A DNA stretch of 64,000 nt. Origin: a virus. The notes beneath the pieces are model-generated. The model saw only the letters and a list, made by a program, of their open reading frames with translations, did not search any database and was not told where the DNA came from. Shown in pieces: positions 63,849 through 64,000 of the stretch (positions within the stretch are counted from its first letter, which is position 1; each line of letters opens with the position of its first letter). Both the position numbers and the translations under genes were made by a program. Where the stretch lies: positions 1-64,000 of the IMG/VR virus record IMGVR_UViG_3300039008_000243. One strand, 5' to 3'.

Positions 63849-63855
63849 AAAAAAA

Positions 63856-63879
63856 ATTCCTAGAAACATCTCTAGGAAT
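63856..63879 (-). terminator. Rho-independent terminator for minus-strand transcription entering from the right
   Basis: attcctaga-aacatc-tctaggaat, followed on the minus strand by T9. Confidence 0.65.
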
Positions 63880-64000
63880 CAATTAAGCTCTAATTTGACC
63901 AGGTTGATTATTCTCTAAAACATTTATTAGAGTCACAGGACATGGGAGCTTGCTCCTTACCCTGGTCATATTTAGCTAATAATTGTCCGAAATCTTCTGA

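Overview
Positions about 2.0-64 kb are a contiguous piece of an AT-rich (roughly one-third G+C by eye) tailed dsDNA phage or prophage genome with a siphovirus-like gene set. No tail sheath, integrase or tRNA was recognised. The first 2 kb are a G+C-richer IS200/IS605-family insertion sequence (divergent tnpA/tnpB). It appears to have inserted into a phage Bro-N-like gene, and its tnpB-side end coincides with the left window edge.

Recognisable phage modules:
- Early region (2.3-8.4 kb): small single-gene cassettes, each with the same sigma70-type promoter, palindromic operator, conserved leader and terminator.
- Nucleotide metabolism: dCMP deaminase, long ThyX, thymidylate kinase and dUTPase, scattered across the window.
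- Minus-strand block (31.5 to 11.3 kb): ParB-like protein, SF2 helicase, family A DNA polymerase and RuvC-like resolvase, running straight into lysis (amidase) and tail tip/fibre genes.
- Plus-strand block (32.0-39.2 kb): primase-polymerase/helicase, DHH phosphoesterase, then small membrane and coiled-coil proteins.
- Tape measure gene of 3593 codons carrying M23 peptidase and lambda-lysozyme-like domains.
- Head and packaging genes: major tail protein, head-tail adaptors, major capsid, decoration-like protein, scaffold/protease-like protein, portal, TerS-like and TerL.

Most notable non-genic signals:
- A non-palindromic heptamer, GACCAGG/CCTGGTC, present about 80 times on both strands and in all reading frames, and absent from the IS.
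- Two paralogous long inverted repeats that flank (TA)-rich DNA. One sits exactly between the divergent parB-like and primase promoters.
- A family of TTGACA-N17-TAnnaT promoters with an ATTAACTAGTTAAT palindrome in the spacer, together with three small ribbon-helix-helix proteins.
- Several other short repeat families.

A cyanobacterial host is only a weak inference. All functional calls rest on motifs read by eye; no database search was possible.
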